Assembly: GCF_000143415.4 (NCBI RefSeq)
Contig: NW_003314269.1
Location: forward strand, 1-64,000
Length of the DNA stretch: 64,000 bases
Source: Selaginella moellendorffii
Lineage: Eukaryota > Plantae > Lycopodiophyta
Direction: 5' to 3'
Positions within the stretch are counted from its first letter, which is position 1, and the number at the start of each line of letters is the position of its first letter. The notes beneath the pieces are model-generated. The model did not search any database, was not told the origin of the DNA, and saw nothing but the letters and a program-made list of their open reading frames with translations. Positions 52,520 to 64,000 of the stretch are shown here, in pieces. Made by a program: the position numbers and the translations under genes.

Positions 52520-52775
52520 ACGCTGCAGCTGGCGGATCGAGAGCAGCAACCCGCGAGGGATGAACTGCTAGGGCTTATCGCCGAGGAGAAGAGGAATAAA
52601 GAGAGAACTCTTCGCGCTGGCAACCACCGATTCGCGGCTGTGGAGGATGCTGTGGACGACCGAGAAGGAGCGCCCCTATTTGGCACTCGCGCTAGCGACA
52701 TTCTCCAGGTGAGGAGATAAATTCTAACGTGGAATTCCAGTTAAGATAAAGGGAAAATTACTTTTCCTTCAAATT
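52520..52775 (+). pseudogene. Possible PAP/fibrillin gene relic
   Basis: RDELLGLIA...GAPLFGTRASDILQ|GT then ITFP recall a plastid fibrillin family from memory; deleted and fading into AT-rich DNA. Confidence 0.4.
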
Positions 52776-53737
52776 TGCATGAAGTTTTGAAAGCCATTTC
52801 AAAAGCATATTCTGTTTTAACTTATAAAAAATAATGCCCACGGCTAAATGGATTTTACTTAGTCATGAACTTATTTTAAGGGTATGCTATGATTCAATTA
52901 AAGATTTATAACATAGCTATTGTTGGACAAAAGGCTTATTTTGCTCAATCAAGACTTTTTGTGAATGAGCATTCATGTGGTCTGATTGAGTATTTAGGAT
53001 GTCAAATAAAAATTGAGTTTGCATTAAAGATTTCAAGAATTAGAAATAAGATTTTCATTATGGGTGTTGTGGCCAATGTGGTTATAATTGACACACATGT
53101 ATTTGAAGTTTAAAAACTTTTATTGATTTTCTTATCAACTTTTAGCTATAAACATAATATAGAAGATATTATAATATCCAAATTTTAGAAGCTTTTTTGC
53201 AATTTTAAAACTTCTAGGGACATATTTGTTAAATATTCAAAATTTTAGAGAAGATAAAATCCTATGGTTATGGGTTTGATACTTGGGAGATTCCTTCATA
53301 AAGAGTGGTAAGTTTTTACAAACTTTGCTAATAGCCCATCATTTGTCTTCATTGTTAATATTCAAGTTTTATACTTTCTATATTACATAGCTCTACTAGG
53401 TTTGAATCATTATACTTGAATGAGCACCATATGATTGGATTTATGAAGCAGACTTTATAGAGTTCCACTTTTGCCCAACTAAAATTCTATATGGATGCAA
53501 TGCATTATTTCCTGTCTTTGTGTCCCTAGTCTTTATTGTCTTGTTATAATTGTTCTATCCCTTATATGATTTGCTATAAATAGTTTCAATCACTAAGCAT
53601 AGATATTTAAAAGTGTAGATGTTGAAGGATGGTAAATATCCTCTAATTAGTTGAGATTGCATTGCTAATATAAATGTCACTTGTGTGGTGTGTTATCCAA
53701 ATTCTACTTATAGGTAGTATGCCCCATAACAATTAGA

Positions 53738-53857
53738 TGTAAACAATTAAATTTTTCATTCTACTTTAGTCACTTAACTATGTTTTTGACCACTTGGAGG
53801 AGTTTCCTTCACAACCTTCATAAATTCTCATCTCGACTTAGGGACTTGCTCGCCCCC
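53738..53857 (-). mobile_element. Fragment of the 6312-family LTR end
   Basis: TAAATTTTTCATTCTACTTTAGTCACTTAAC...GACCACTTGGAGGAG matches 6322-6430. Confidence 0.75.
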
Positions 53858-54051
53858 AAATATGCTCTTATAACTACACTAATTGGCAAAGACGAATAAA
53901 CGTGGAAACCACCACTATAGCTCTGGCACCAGTTGCCTAGAAGCGACAAAACATATATCTCCCAAAGTCCCTCAAATTCCCCCTCAAGGACTTCGACCAC
54001 ATAGACTATAACAGACACAAACATAAGCTTCAGTTCGACTATAACCCCTTA

Positions 54052-54823
54052 TAAGACACAAATCCCAAAGCCCTAAAAGTGGAGCTGAAAGAGTGCGTGG
54101 CTGAAATAGAAGCCAAACAAGAGTAACATGTTTGGACTAAAAGCTCTGACTTGGACAGTCGGGAGTGGGAGTGCAACTCCTAACGAAGTGCTTGAGGAAT
54201 GAGCATGAAGCAAGTAGTAAGTGAGTCTTTAGAAAATGGGACACAAGAGGACCAACATATGATATGTGGAGGAGTTTGAGATAAAGTCTGAGAGGGACCT
54301 GAGATGGAGTCCAAGATGGACCCGAGATGGACCCGAGATAGAGTCTGAGATGGAGTCTGAGATGGAACCGAGACCGAGTCCGAGTCCAAGACTAAGACTG
54401 AGTCCAAGACCGAGTCCGAGTCCAAGACTGAGACTGAGTCCAAGACCGAGTTCGAGTCCAAGTCTAAATACTAATATAGGCTGTTGGGTGAAAGCCTAAA
54501 GCAATCGTCCCCCAGGGTAGGGGGGGGGGGCGGCACTGTAGGGGGTTCCAAAAGTATAGTAGGGAGAGTGTGGCGGTTGGATCCTAGTGGAGCCAGTTTG
54601 GCTAGGAAAGGCCAATTTGGCCCAGGAAGGCTATACCTAGCTATTGGGTGATGAGATAACCACTAGGAAGTCTAAGGCTAGAGTGAATAAGGACCGACAA
54701 GCAAGGTAACTTGATGAAATGTTCAAGAGCCGGCTCTAGTCCCCCCGAGAGATCAAATGATCAATGCTCCTAATCCAAGCGTGGGTGGCACTACCTACTT
54801 CCTACTTGGATACTTGGTGTGGC
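54052..54823 (+). mobile_element. Older diverged LTR of the 6312 family, truncated by the gypsy insertion
   Basis: Reverse complement of ~13922 to 12853 with a shorter GAGTCC/GAGATG minisatellite (54290-54465). Confidence 0.8.
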
Positions 54824-57181
54824 TGTAGCGCACATGAATTTGGAGCCGAACTCCAAGCCAATTGCACTATAAAACAAGGGTCCGGTACAATCCCACGAGC
54901 ACTAGCTCCCCGTATCCAGCATCTGCACGCAAAATGATGTCCGACGGAGTTTCCGTCTGACACAATTTTGGCATACCGGTGGTCTAACGCGAGGAGGAGG
55001 GTACCCCACCGACTAGAGCAGCGTGGAGCTTAGGCTTAGACCCAAGCTGGACGCAGAACAAGGAGCGACACAACCTAGTGGGAGCCAAACTAATGTTTCA
55101 GGTGGTCGGACATACATTCCAACCACTATCCCTACTATACATTTGGAATCCCCCTCCCCCTTGAAGAACACACGCTTTGGGCTTTCACCCCAAGCTTCCC
55201 TTAGTATTAGGAGTTAGTCTTTGGGATAAGCTCGAAACTTACTAAATATGGAATGTCCCTAGATTGCGAATTTGGACACAGGGCAAACACCATTGTGTTA
55301 AGGCCGAACTCTACATTCCATATATATGCTAAATGAGTAAATCTAGACACTTTCCATAAATAGCATTTGGGACCGAAATGAGACTAACACAAAGGGTGTG
55401 ATAGCGAGGGTGTTTGGCAGACACAATAATCTATCATCCAGTGATATTGAGGGACTAGTCTCAATATGCGAGGGTTCTTGTCACTAGCAAGTGCAAGACA
55501 AAATGAGATAAGAACTTCTTACCGGGCTAAATATGCTTAGTTAATAGTACGTAAGAATTCTGTCTTTATGCTCGTCCAGTCTAAGTACACTCGAAATGCC
55601 CAGTTAACTCCACTAGCACAAGAGGGGCTACCAAAGGGATCCAACTGTACCAACTTCTTGCCGTCATGGCAGTAAGGAAAGAATGTCTATAAGGACTGGC
55701 TGACAAGTATCTTTCGATACCTGAAGTCACATTCGCAACACTCTCCCCCCCTTGGGGAAGATCAACATCCTCGTTAATGCATACCCGAGTCTAGCAAACC
55801 GTCAAGGAAACAACTTCGAAAGTTAACGGAAAACACACTATGTTGGAAACACACCGACTTAAATGAGTTATGGAACGACCTCTCTTCTACGTCCAAAGAC
55901 GTTAAGACTCAGACACCCTCCGGCCATTACCGACAAGGAAATGACTAACGGAGTTAGCCACCCTTGCAGCTTCGAGTACCACTCAGCTTACAAAGGAATG
56001 ATACATCCCTGCTCGCAGGTACATAGGGAGAAGGCCAGAGACTTAACTGCCCTTGAACAAGAAATCAACCCCCGTCGGGAAGATTTAGACAACTATTATA
56101 AACTGGCAAATTAAGTTGTTTACATGACCATGCCCCTTTTCAAAAGTGAGTCATCGAGAGAGAGGTGGGGACTTGTGATCAGTCTATAATAGTTATCCCC
56201 ATGGTTGTGGATTGGACCCATGCATTGGATCCAATCCACAACCATGGGGATAACTATTATAGACTGATAATATAGACTAACCGAAGTGCCAAAGTCAGCC
56301 TACCAAAACTGACCCAAGTACTAACGAACAAGAGAAACGACACTTTGATGTATAGAAATATATTACTTTATTAATTTGCAAAATTTATTACAAGATTTAC
56401 AATAGTTAATCTTTATTACGATTCTCATACTTCGTGACAAGCTCACGAGCATGTGTAAGATTCCTAAGAGGTTCCCAAATTGATTCACAAGATGGGTAAC
56501 CTTTCCACTTAACTAGATATTCCTTCGCACTAGCCTGTCTTCGAGACCGAGCATCCAAGATAACTTCAACTTCATATTCTGGTTCACTGTCCACAACATT
56601 TGGTGGCAAACAAATCTTCCCGTGTCGAGCAACATCCATAGTGTAAGGAGCCAAGAGATTGGCATGAAATACAATATGAATATGGAACATCTCCACAGGA
56701 AGGTCCAACCGATAGGATACATCATCAATTCGTTTCAACACCTGATAGGGTCCAATATATCTCAGTAACAGCTTCTGAGACAAAGATCCCTTAATATTCA
56801 AGTTCCGGGAAGATAGCCACACCTGATCTCCCACTTGATAGGATACATCCCAACAATGCTGATCCTTATCATGTCGATACCTATCCTAAGCTTTGCCCAT
56901 TGCCTTAGTAGCTCTAGACCAACCTTGGCATAGCTGCTCTGCATAAGTCTCAACAGCTGGGACCAACACTTCAGACATTGGTTTCGGTACAACAATCTAT
57001 TAAGGAACCCCATGAGCATTTCCTTGCAGCATCTCCCATGGAGAACAGTGAATAGCATTGTGAAATGTGTTGTTATAACAAATTTCTACTGTGTCTAAAT
57101 GCTCAACCCAGTGGCATTGGTCTGCTGTGACATAGTATCGTAGATAATCCTCAACTTGAGCATTCACGCATTCAGTCTGAG
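54824..57181 (-). mobile_element. 3' part of Ty3/gypsy chromovirus (integrase C-terminus, chromodomain, PPT, 3' LTR)
   Basis: LTR 54824-55740 (TG...CA); PPT 55741-55753 on minus; GPY motif and chromodomain EYEVEVIL...EYLVKWKGYPSCESIWEP (56406-56834). Confidence 0.9.
56178..56268. repeat. Perfect 39-bp inverted repeat (91-nt hairpin) in the gypsy 3' UTR
   Basis: Arms 56178-56216 and 56230-56268 are exact reverse complements. Confidence 0.95.
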
Positions 57182-57189
57182 GACGATGA

Positions 57190-60100
57190 AGTTCTGCAGC
57201 CGCCCCCGGTTGCACGAGTTTCAAAGTTCAAGCCTTTGAAACCACCCAACTTCAGAGGCATGCGGGACTATTAAGTTTTGGAAGACTAGGTCTATGATAT
57301 GGAAAACTATTTCATAGCGGCAGACGTAGATGATCGTACGAAAGTTGCGTGCGCACAATCCTTTCTTACCGATCATGCTAAAACTTGGTGGCGCCAGGTG
57401 TGTGTTGAAAAAGGGCAGACTAGAAGTTGGACCAAGATGCAGTCTTGTATCCGTAAGGAATATTTGCCGCATCCCCCACTATCCTTCCGGTGCTCGCGGA
57501 TGATCTTGGTCTGAGACTTCGCGCCGAGCTGCGGTGGTTAAAGCAATGAGGGGACCTCAAGCATTACGTTAATGCGTTTGCTCAGAAGTGCATTATAATT
57601 GTAAATATGAGTGCCGAAGATGCTTGGAGTTATTTCCTGAAGGGTTTAAGTTCACTTTCTCGTAATGAGATTTTGAAGTTTAAGCCAAAGACATACCTGG
57701 AGTGTAAGGAGGCAGCGCAGCAAGTTGCTTTTAGTCACTCGCTCATGGAACAATATTAGCAGCCGTATGCTGGTAACTCAGATAAGAATTAAAACTTTGG
57801 GAATAAACAAGGTGATCGGAAACAAAGGGTGGAAGGTAGGTTCTGCTTTGGAGGCTCACAAATAACGGTTAACAAAGGTGGTGGTGGTTGGACACCACCA
57901 GCAGCTTCTTCTGGTCCTAGGCCCTTTGTTCCTCCTCCTGGTGGGTACAAGCAGCAACAACCTGTAAAATCTGCTCCTAGTGGAACGGGTAGTGTGGGTC
58001 ATTGCTTCCATTGTGGAGAGTCAGGACATAGATCCTCGGAATGTCCCAACAAGCATAAGACAAGGTCTCAAGTTAATGTCATGAAGGAAGAAGGTGGTGG
58101 TGAAGCTAAAGGGGTTGACGAGTTAGTCAATGCAGATTATGAGGAAGAGGAGGTGAGTTACTTTCGTTGCTTTCCTCAAACTTTTCTCGTAGTCAATGCA
58201 AACACTGATCTGTTGATGTATCTGGTAGGCTTTGTCTGCGGACACTGAATTCGAGTGATGATTGACACAGGAGCTACGCACAACGTGATATCTGAAGACT
58301 TAGTTAAGTTGTTAGGATTGAATGCTGAGTAAATGTCGCCTATGCACTTCTGGTTTGCGGAAGGTGGGCAAGTAGCCAGAGAGTTTGTGAGTGATGTTCC
58401 AATAAAAATATCCAAGTGGAAAGAAAGAGTGGACTTGGTAATGTTGAAGATACCAAATTTTTAGATGGTGTTTGGTATGGACTTCTTCAACAAATATATA
58501 AAAGGGATTTATGGTGCTGGACAAAGTCGTATCACGTTGAAGTCTGAAAGACGTCCCGATGTGTCCTTTCAGTTGCAAAAGCATTCCTCAAAGGATTGGG
58601 ATGCAAAGTTCCTGACTGCAAGGGCCGCTCAAAAAGCAGCTAAGAGGGGATGTCGGACCTTTTGGGTTCAAGTGATGGAAGCTGAGAGTGTTGGTGACTC
58701 AGTTCAAATTAGTGACGGGGTTGATCCTGTACCACAGAAAATATTGGAGTTGTTGGCGCAGAATCAGGATATCTTCCCGAAGGATTTGCCACCAGGGCTA
58801 CCTCCTAGCCGTGAGGTTAATCATCGGATTGAGGTTATTCTGGGTTCTAAACCACCTATGAAAGCTCTATATCGGTTGAACATCAAGGAGATGGCTGAAC
58901 TTAAGAAGCAACTCACAGAGCTTCTTGACAAAGGTCATATCCGACTAAGCAAATCACCTTATGGAGCGCCGGTCCTTTTTGTTATGAAAAGGATGGAACT
59001 ATGAGGATGTGTATTGACTATCGGGCACTCAATAAAATCATGGTTAAAAATAGTTATCCTTTGCCTCGCATTGATGACTTGTTTGACCAACTTTTAAAGA
59101 CTAAGTATTTTACGCGACTTGATTTGTGGTCCGGGTATCATCAGATAAGGGTGGCAGATTAGGATGTGGAGAAGACAGCCTTTAAGACTCGGTACGGATC
59201 TTATGAGTTTCTTGTCATGCTGTTCGGATTATGCAATGCTCCGGCAACGTTCAGCACTATGATGGATAGAATATTCGGAGATTATTTGGATGCATTTGTT
59301 GTCTTGTATATCGACGATGTTCTAGTCTTTAGTGAAACGTTAGAGGATCATTTGAAACACTTGGAGCTGGTGTTTCAAAAGTTGTGCGAACACAAACTGT
59401 ATGCTCAGGAAAGTAAATGTGCTTTTGGTCAATTGCGCATAAACTTTCTCGGACATATAGTTGGTGGTGGCGTGATTGAGGTTGATCCAAAGAAGGTGGA
59501 AACGGTGAAGTCCTGGGAAGTCCCGACCACTGTATCAGATGTTCGTTCCTTTCTCGGTTTGGCGGGATACTATCGTAAGTTTGTTTGCAATTTTGCAAGA
59601 ATTGCTCTTCCGTTGACTGAGTTGACGAAGAGTAGTATTCCGTTTCATTGGAGACCAGCTTGCTAGCGTGCTTTTGTACGGTTGAAGGAGATCTTGACTA
59701 CGGTTCCTGTTCTCAGGATCCCAGATCTTGATAAACCCTTCGAAGTGCATTGTGATGCATCTGGCTATGCTATCGGTGCCGTGTTGCAACAAGATTGTGA
59801 CAAAGCGGTTGGTGTTACATTAAGGTGACATGGTTGTCCTATTGCGTTCTATTCCAAAAAATTGGATGAAACTTAACGAAGATGGCCAACGCATGAGAAA
59901 GAGATGTTTGCTATAGTGTCGGCCCTGGAACACTAGAGACACTACTTGGGTGGACATACCAAGGTTTATACAGATAGTAACACACTAAGCTACTTTGCTA
60001 CGCAGCCTAAACTTATGCCGAAGCAGGCTCGTTGGCAAGAGAAGCTTGCTAGATATGATATTAAAATCATATATAAACCTGGTAAAGACAATATTGTTCC

Positions 60101-63100
60101 AGATGCGTTGAGTCGTCAGGCTCAATTCCGGGAAATATCGGCAATCAGTTCGGACTGGTTAGAGGATGTGCGGGTTTCATATAGAAGTGATCCATTGGTG
60201 AAGGCAATCTTATGCCATGTGGGGTTGTTGAAGCAGAGCTCTGGTAGCGAAGCAATGAAAGTTGCTAGTCACACTAATGCAAAGCTTCACTTCTCAGTTC
60301 GGGATGGGATTATATTCTATAAGCAAGAAAGATTGTATCTTCCCTCTAAGGATCTTCAGCAATTATTTTTGCAGGAACATCATGATGTTCCGGCAGCAGG
60401 ACATGGTGGAAAGCGAAAGACTCTGGCTTCATTGAAAAAGGGATTTTTCTGATTTGGTATGGAAGGTGATGTAGCGGATTATGTCCGTTCCTGCCCTATA
60501 TGCCAGCAATGTAAGTGCAGAACTGAGAAGCAGGCTGGAAAGTTGCAATGCATTCCAGCATTGGCATGGCCATTTCAGACTGTGACACTTGATTTGGTCA
60601 CTTGCTTGCCGAAGTCTAAGGGTTATGATACTTTGATGGTGGTTGTGGATCGGTTGTTGAAGATTGCACACTTCATTCCAACTGTGGGAACAGTAAATGC
60701 GAAACAAGCAGCAAAGCTCTTTTTCCATGAAGTAGTGCGACTTCGTGGTCTTCCCAAAGAGATGATCTCGGATAAAGATTCGAGGTTTACGGGGAAGTTT
60801 TGGGGCATACTGTTCCAGTTGTTCAGTACCAAGTTGAAGTTTAGTATGGCTTATCATTCTCAAACTAATGGGTAGACCGAACGTGTGAATGCTCAAGTTG
60901 AGGATTATTTGCGGTACTATGTCACGGCAGACCAACGTAACTGGGTTGAGCATTTAGATATAGCAGAAATCTGTTATAACAACACATTTCACAGCGCTAT
61001 AGGCTGTTCTCCATGGGAGATGCTGCAAGGGAATGCTCGTGGGGTTCCTCAACAAATTGTTGTAGCGAAACCAATGTCCGAAGTGTTGGTCCCGGCTGTT
61101 GAGACTTATGCGGAGTAGCTACACCAAGGTTGGTCTAGAGTTACTAAGGCGATGGGCAAAGCTCAGGATAGGTATCGACGTGATAAGGATCAGCATCGAC
61201 GGAATGTATCCTATCAAGTGGGAGATCAGGTGTGGCTATCTTCCCGGAACTTGAATACTAAGGGATCTTTGTCTTGGAAGCTATTATTGAGATATGTTGG
61301 ACCCTATCGGGTGTTAAAACAAATTGGTGATGTATCATATTGGTTGGATCTTCCTGTGGAGATGTCCAATATTCATAATGTATTTCATGCCAATCTATTG
61401 GCTCCTTACACTATAGATGTTGAGCACCATAGGGAAATTCGTCCACTGTCAGAAGTTGTGGATGGTGAACCTGAATACAAAGTTGAAAGCATTCTGTCAT
61501 GTCACCAAAAACGTGGTGGTCGTGCAAAGGAATATCTAGTTAAGTGGAAAGGTTACCCGACTTGTGAATCAATATGGGAACCCCTTAGTAATTTTACCCA
61601 TACTCGTGAGCTTGTCACGGAGTATGAAAATAGTAATAAATACTAGCTTTTGTAAAAATCTTGTAATAACTCTTGCAAATCAATAAAGTAATATATTTCT
61701 ATAAATCAAAGTGTCGTTTTTCTCGTTCGTTCGTACTTGGGTCAGTTTTGGCAAGTTGACTTTGGCACTTCGGTGCATGGTCCAATCCATAACCATGGGG
61801 ATAACTATTATAAACTGATCACAAGACCACCTCTCTCTCGATGACTCACTTTTGAAAAGGGGCGTGGTTGTGTAAACAACTTAATCTGCCAGTTTATCGT
61901 AGGTTTTTAAATCTTCCTGACGGGGTTGATTTCTTGCTTAGGGGAAGTTGGGCCTCTAGCCTTCTCCCTATATCCCTGCGGGCAGGGATGTATCATTCCT
62001 TTGTAAGCCGAGTGGTACTCGGAGTAGCAAGGATGGCTAACTCTGTTAGTCATTTCCTTGTCGATGACGGCCGGAGGGTGTCTGAGTCTTAGCGTCTTTG
62101 GACATAAAGGAGAGGTCATTTCATAACTCATTTAAGTCGGTGTGTTTCCCACATAGTGTCCTTTCCATTAACTTTCGGAGTTGTTTCCTTGACGGTTTGC
62201 TAGACTTGGGTATGCATCGACGAGGACGTCGATTTTCCCCAAGGGGGGGGAGAGTGTCGCGAATGTGACTTTGGGTATTGAAAGATACTTGTCGGCTAGT
62301 CCTTACGGGCACTTTTTCCTTACTGCCACGACGGCAGGAGGTTGGTATTGCTGGTCCCTTTTATGGTCTCCACTCAAGCTAGTTGAGAAATTAGTCATCA
62401 CATGTGCACTTGACCAAATGAGCATAAGGACGGAATTCCTACATGCTAGTTGTCAAGCATACTTGACCTGGTTAGAGAAACTTATTGTAAGCTCCTGAGT
62501 TTGGACTTCCCGAGAGGTCACCCAGCCCAGTACTATTCAAACCCAAGGACGCTTAACCCCAACTATCCCAAGACCCTTAACCGATTGGAAAAGGGGGTGC
62601 ACTCTTATTCATGGGCCCTTTCCCTCTATATTTGAACCTCTATGGATCGTCTCTCGAGTCGTTTCCTTTGGTTGCTTACAATCCACCACGCTTCCCTGCA
62701 AGTTCACGCCCTCGTGAACGGAAGCTGAGAGCCGCAGCTCTCCCGAGAGCCCCGCTCTCTTGACACCCTACCCCTCGGGTCGAGCCCAGCGGGAGCAAAC
62801 TGGACCAGCTAGATGTCAATCAACATGTGGTGCGATTCCTTTAGCTAACAAACAGAGTCGGACCCGAGACCTCTCTGATACCAAATGTAAGCTCTTGAGT
62901 TTGGACTTCCCGGGAGGTCACCCAGCCCAGTACTATTCAAACCCAAGGACGCTTAACCCTAACTATCCCAAGACCCTTAACCGATTAGAAAAGGGGGTGC
63001 ACTCTTATTCATGGGCCCTTTCCCTCTATATTTGAACCTCTATGGATCGTCTCTCGAGTCGTTTCCTTTGGTTGCTTACACTCATTCATTGACTTGCACT

Positions 63101-63775
63101 TGCTAGTATTGGGAACCCCTGCGATATTGAGACTAGTCCCTTAATATTTGCTAGATGATAGCTTACCGTGTCTGCCAAACACCCTCATTATCATGCCCTT
63201 TGTGTTAGTCTCATTTTGATCCCAAGTGCTATTTATGGAAAGTGTCTAGATTAGCTCATTTGGCATATCTACGAAATGTAGAGATCAGCTTGAACACAAT
63301 GGTGTTTGTCCCGTGTCCAAATTCGCAATCTAGTGCCATTCCATATTTAGTAAGTTTCAGACTTGTCCCAGAGACTAACTCCTGGTACTAAGGGAGGTTT
63401 GGGGTGAAAGCCCAAAGCGTGTGTCCCTCAGGGGGGGGGGGGGGCGGGGGGGGCTGTGGGGGGTTCCAAATGTATAGTAGGGATAGTGGTTGGAATGTAT
63501 GTTCGACCATCTGAGACATTAGTTTGGCTCCCACTGGGCTGTGTCACTCTTTGTTCTGCGTTCGGCTTGGGTCTAAGCCCAAGTTCCACACTGCTCTAGT
63601 CAGTGGGGTACCCTCCTCCTTGCGTTAGGCCACCCGTATGCCAAAATTGTGCCAAACTTTGTCTGACATCATTTTGCATGCAAGTGCTGGATACGGGGAG
63701 CTGGTGCTCGTGGGATTGTACCGGACCCTCATTTTATAGCGCAATAGGCTTGGCTCCAAATTCAGGTGCGCTACA
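57190..63775 (+). mobile_element. Ty3/gypsy chromovirus, 5'-truncated, decayed gag-pol plus 3' LTR
   Basis: gag with CFHCGESGHRSSEC knuckle (~58003), protease IDTGATHN (~58261), RT YIDD (~59307), RNase H, integrase HHCC/DDE, chromodomain ending 61646; many stops and frameshifts; PPT 62241-62254; LTR 62255-63775. Confidence 0.95.
62486..63080 (-). mobile_element. Cassandra TRIM (5S rRNA-derived core in each LTR), nested in the gypsy LTR
   Basis: 195-bp LTRs 62486-62680 and 62886-63080 (TGTAAGC...GCTTACA, ~4 differences); PBS TGGTATCAGAG on minus at ~62873-62883; 205-bp interior. Minus strand 62503-62557 reads GTTAAGCGTCCTTGGG...TAGTACTGGGCTGGGTGACCTCTCGGGAAGTCC, matching the 5S A box/IE/C box. 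Confidence 0.92.
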
Positions 63776-64000
63776 CTAGCTAAAACAAACTGAACCTGCT
63801 AGATGTTAATATGTGGTATGATTCCCCTAACTAACCAATAGAGTTGGATTTGAGACCCTTCTGATACCAAATGTAAGGTCCTGAATTTAAATTTCTTGAG
63901 ATGTCACTTAGCCTAATATTATTCAAACCCAAGGATGCTTAACCCTAAATATCCCAAGACTCTTAACTAATTGAAAAAAGAGGTAAATTTTTGTTCATGA
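63776..64000 (-). mobile_element. Older degenerate Cassandra copy (interior, PBS, LTR) running off the window
   Basis: Aligns to 62790-63015, with CTGATACCA at 63861-63869 and TGTAAG at 63872; strongly AT-shifted. Confidence 0.8.

Noticed and set aside
54824-63775. Single DIRS-like or TIR element with inverted termini
   Set aside because: Encodes DDE integrase and chromodomain, each end has its own PPT, and there is no shared TSD; these are two gypsy copies.

Overview
Eukaryotic plant DNA. The densely packed genes with ~45-65 nt GT-AG introns and the gene content suggest a lycophyte such as Selaginella; this is an inference. Four zones are visible. (1) 1-14 kb is transposon-rich. It holds an 11-exon, ~1100-codon gene with an N-terminal ParB/Srx-type motif (IDGNHR) and a C-terminal beta-class N4C/N6A DNA amino-methyltransferase-like domain. 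The gene has two in-frame TAGs, is flanked by GGTTC-N5/6-GAACC palindromes, and is followed by a CACTA-type end (TAGTG, 4518-4522). After it come LTR remnants and a young non-autonomous LTR element (6312-13922; 1756-bp LTRs, GTGCC TSD, iMet PBS). (2) ~6.2-30 kb is a large rearranged inverted duplication. It contains a MATE gene and its pseudogene, synaptotagmin fragments, and four trypsin-fold genes of two types that all lack the catalytic His and Ser. (3) 30-52.7 kb is an ordinary gene-dense block: ERF, acireductone dioxygenase, PGP phosphatase, CCCH-KH protein, TLDc protein, an animal/ciliate-type glutamate dehydrogenase, LRR-RLK XI, F-box/kelch, GATA and GST-theta. (4) 53.7-64 kb is a nest of LTR elements: two back-to-back truncated chromoviral Ty3/gypsy copies and 5S-bearing Cassandra TRIMs. 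The best candidates for something undescribed are the transposon-borne ParB-methyltransferase gene, the paired trypsin-fold pseudoprotease cluster and the antenna-type GDH. All coordinates and alignments were worked out by eye; no database searches were run.
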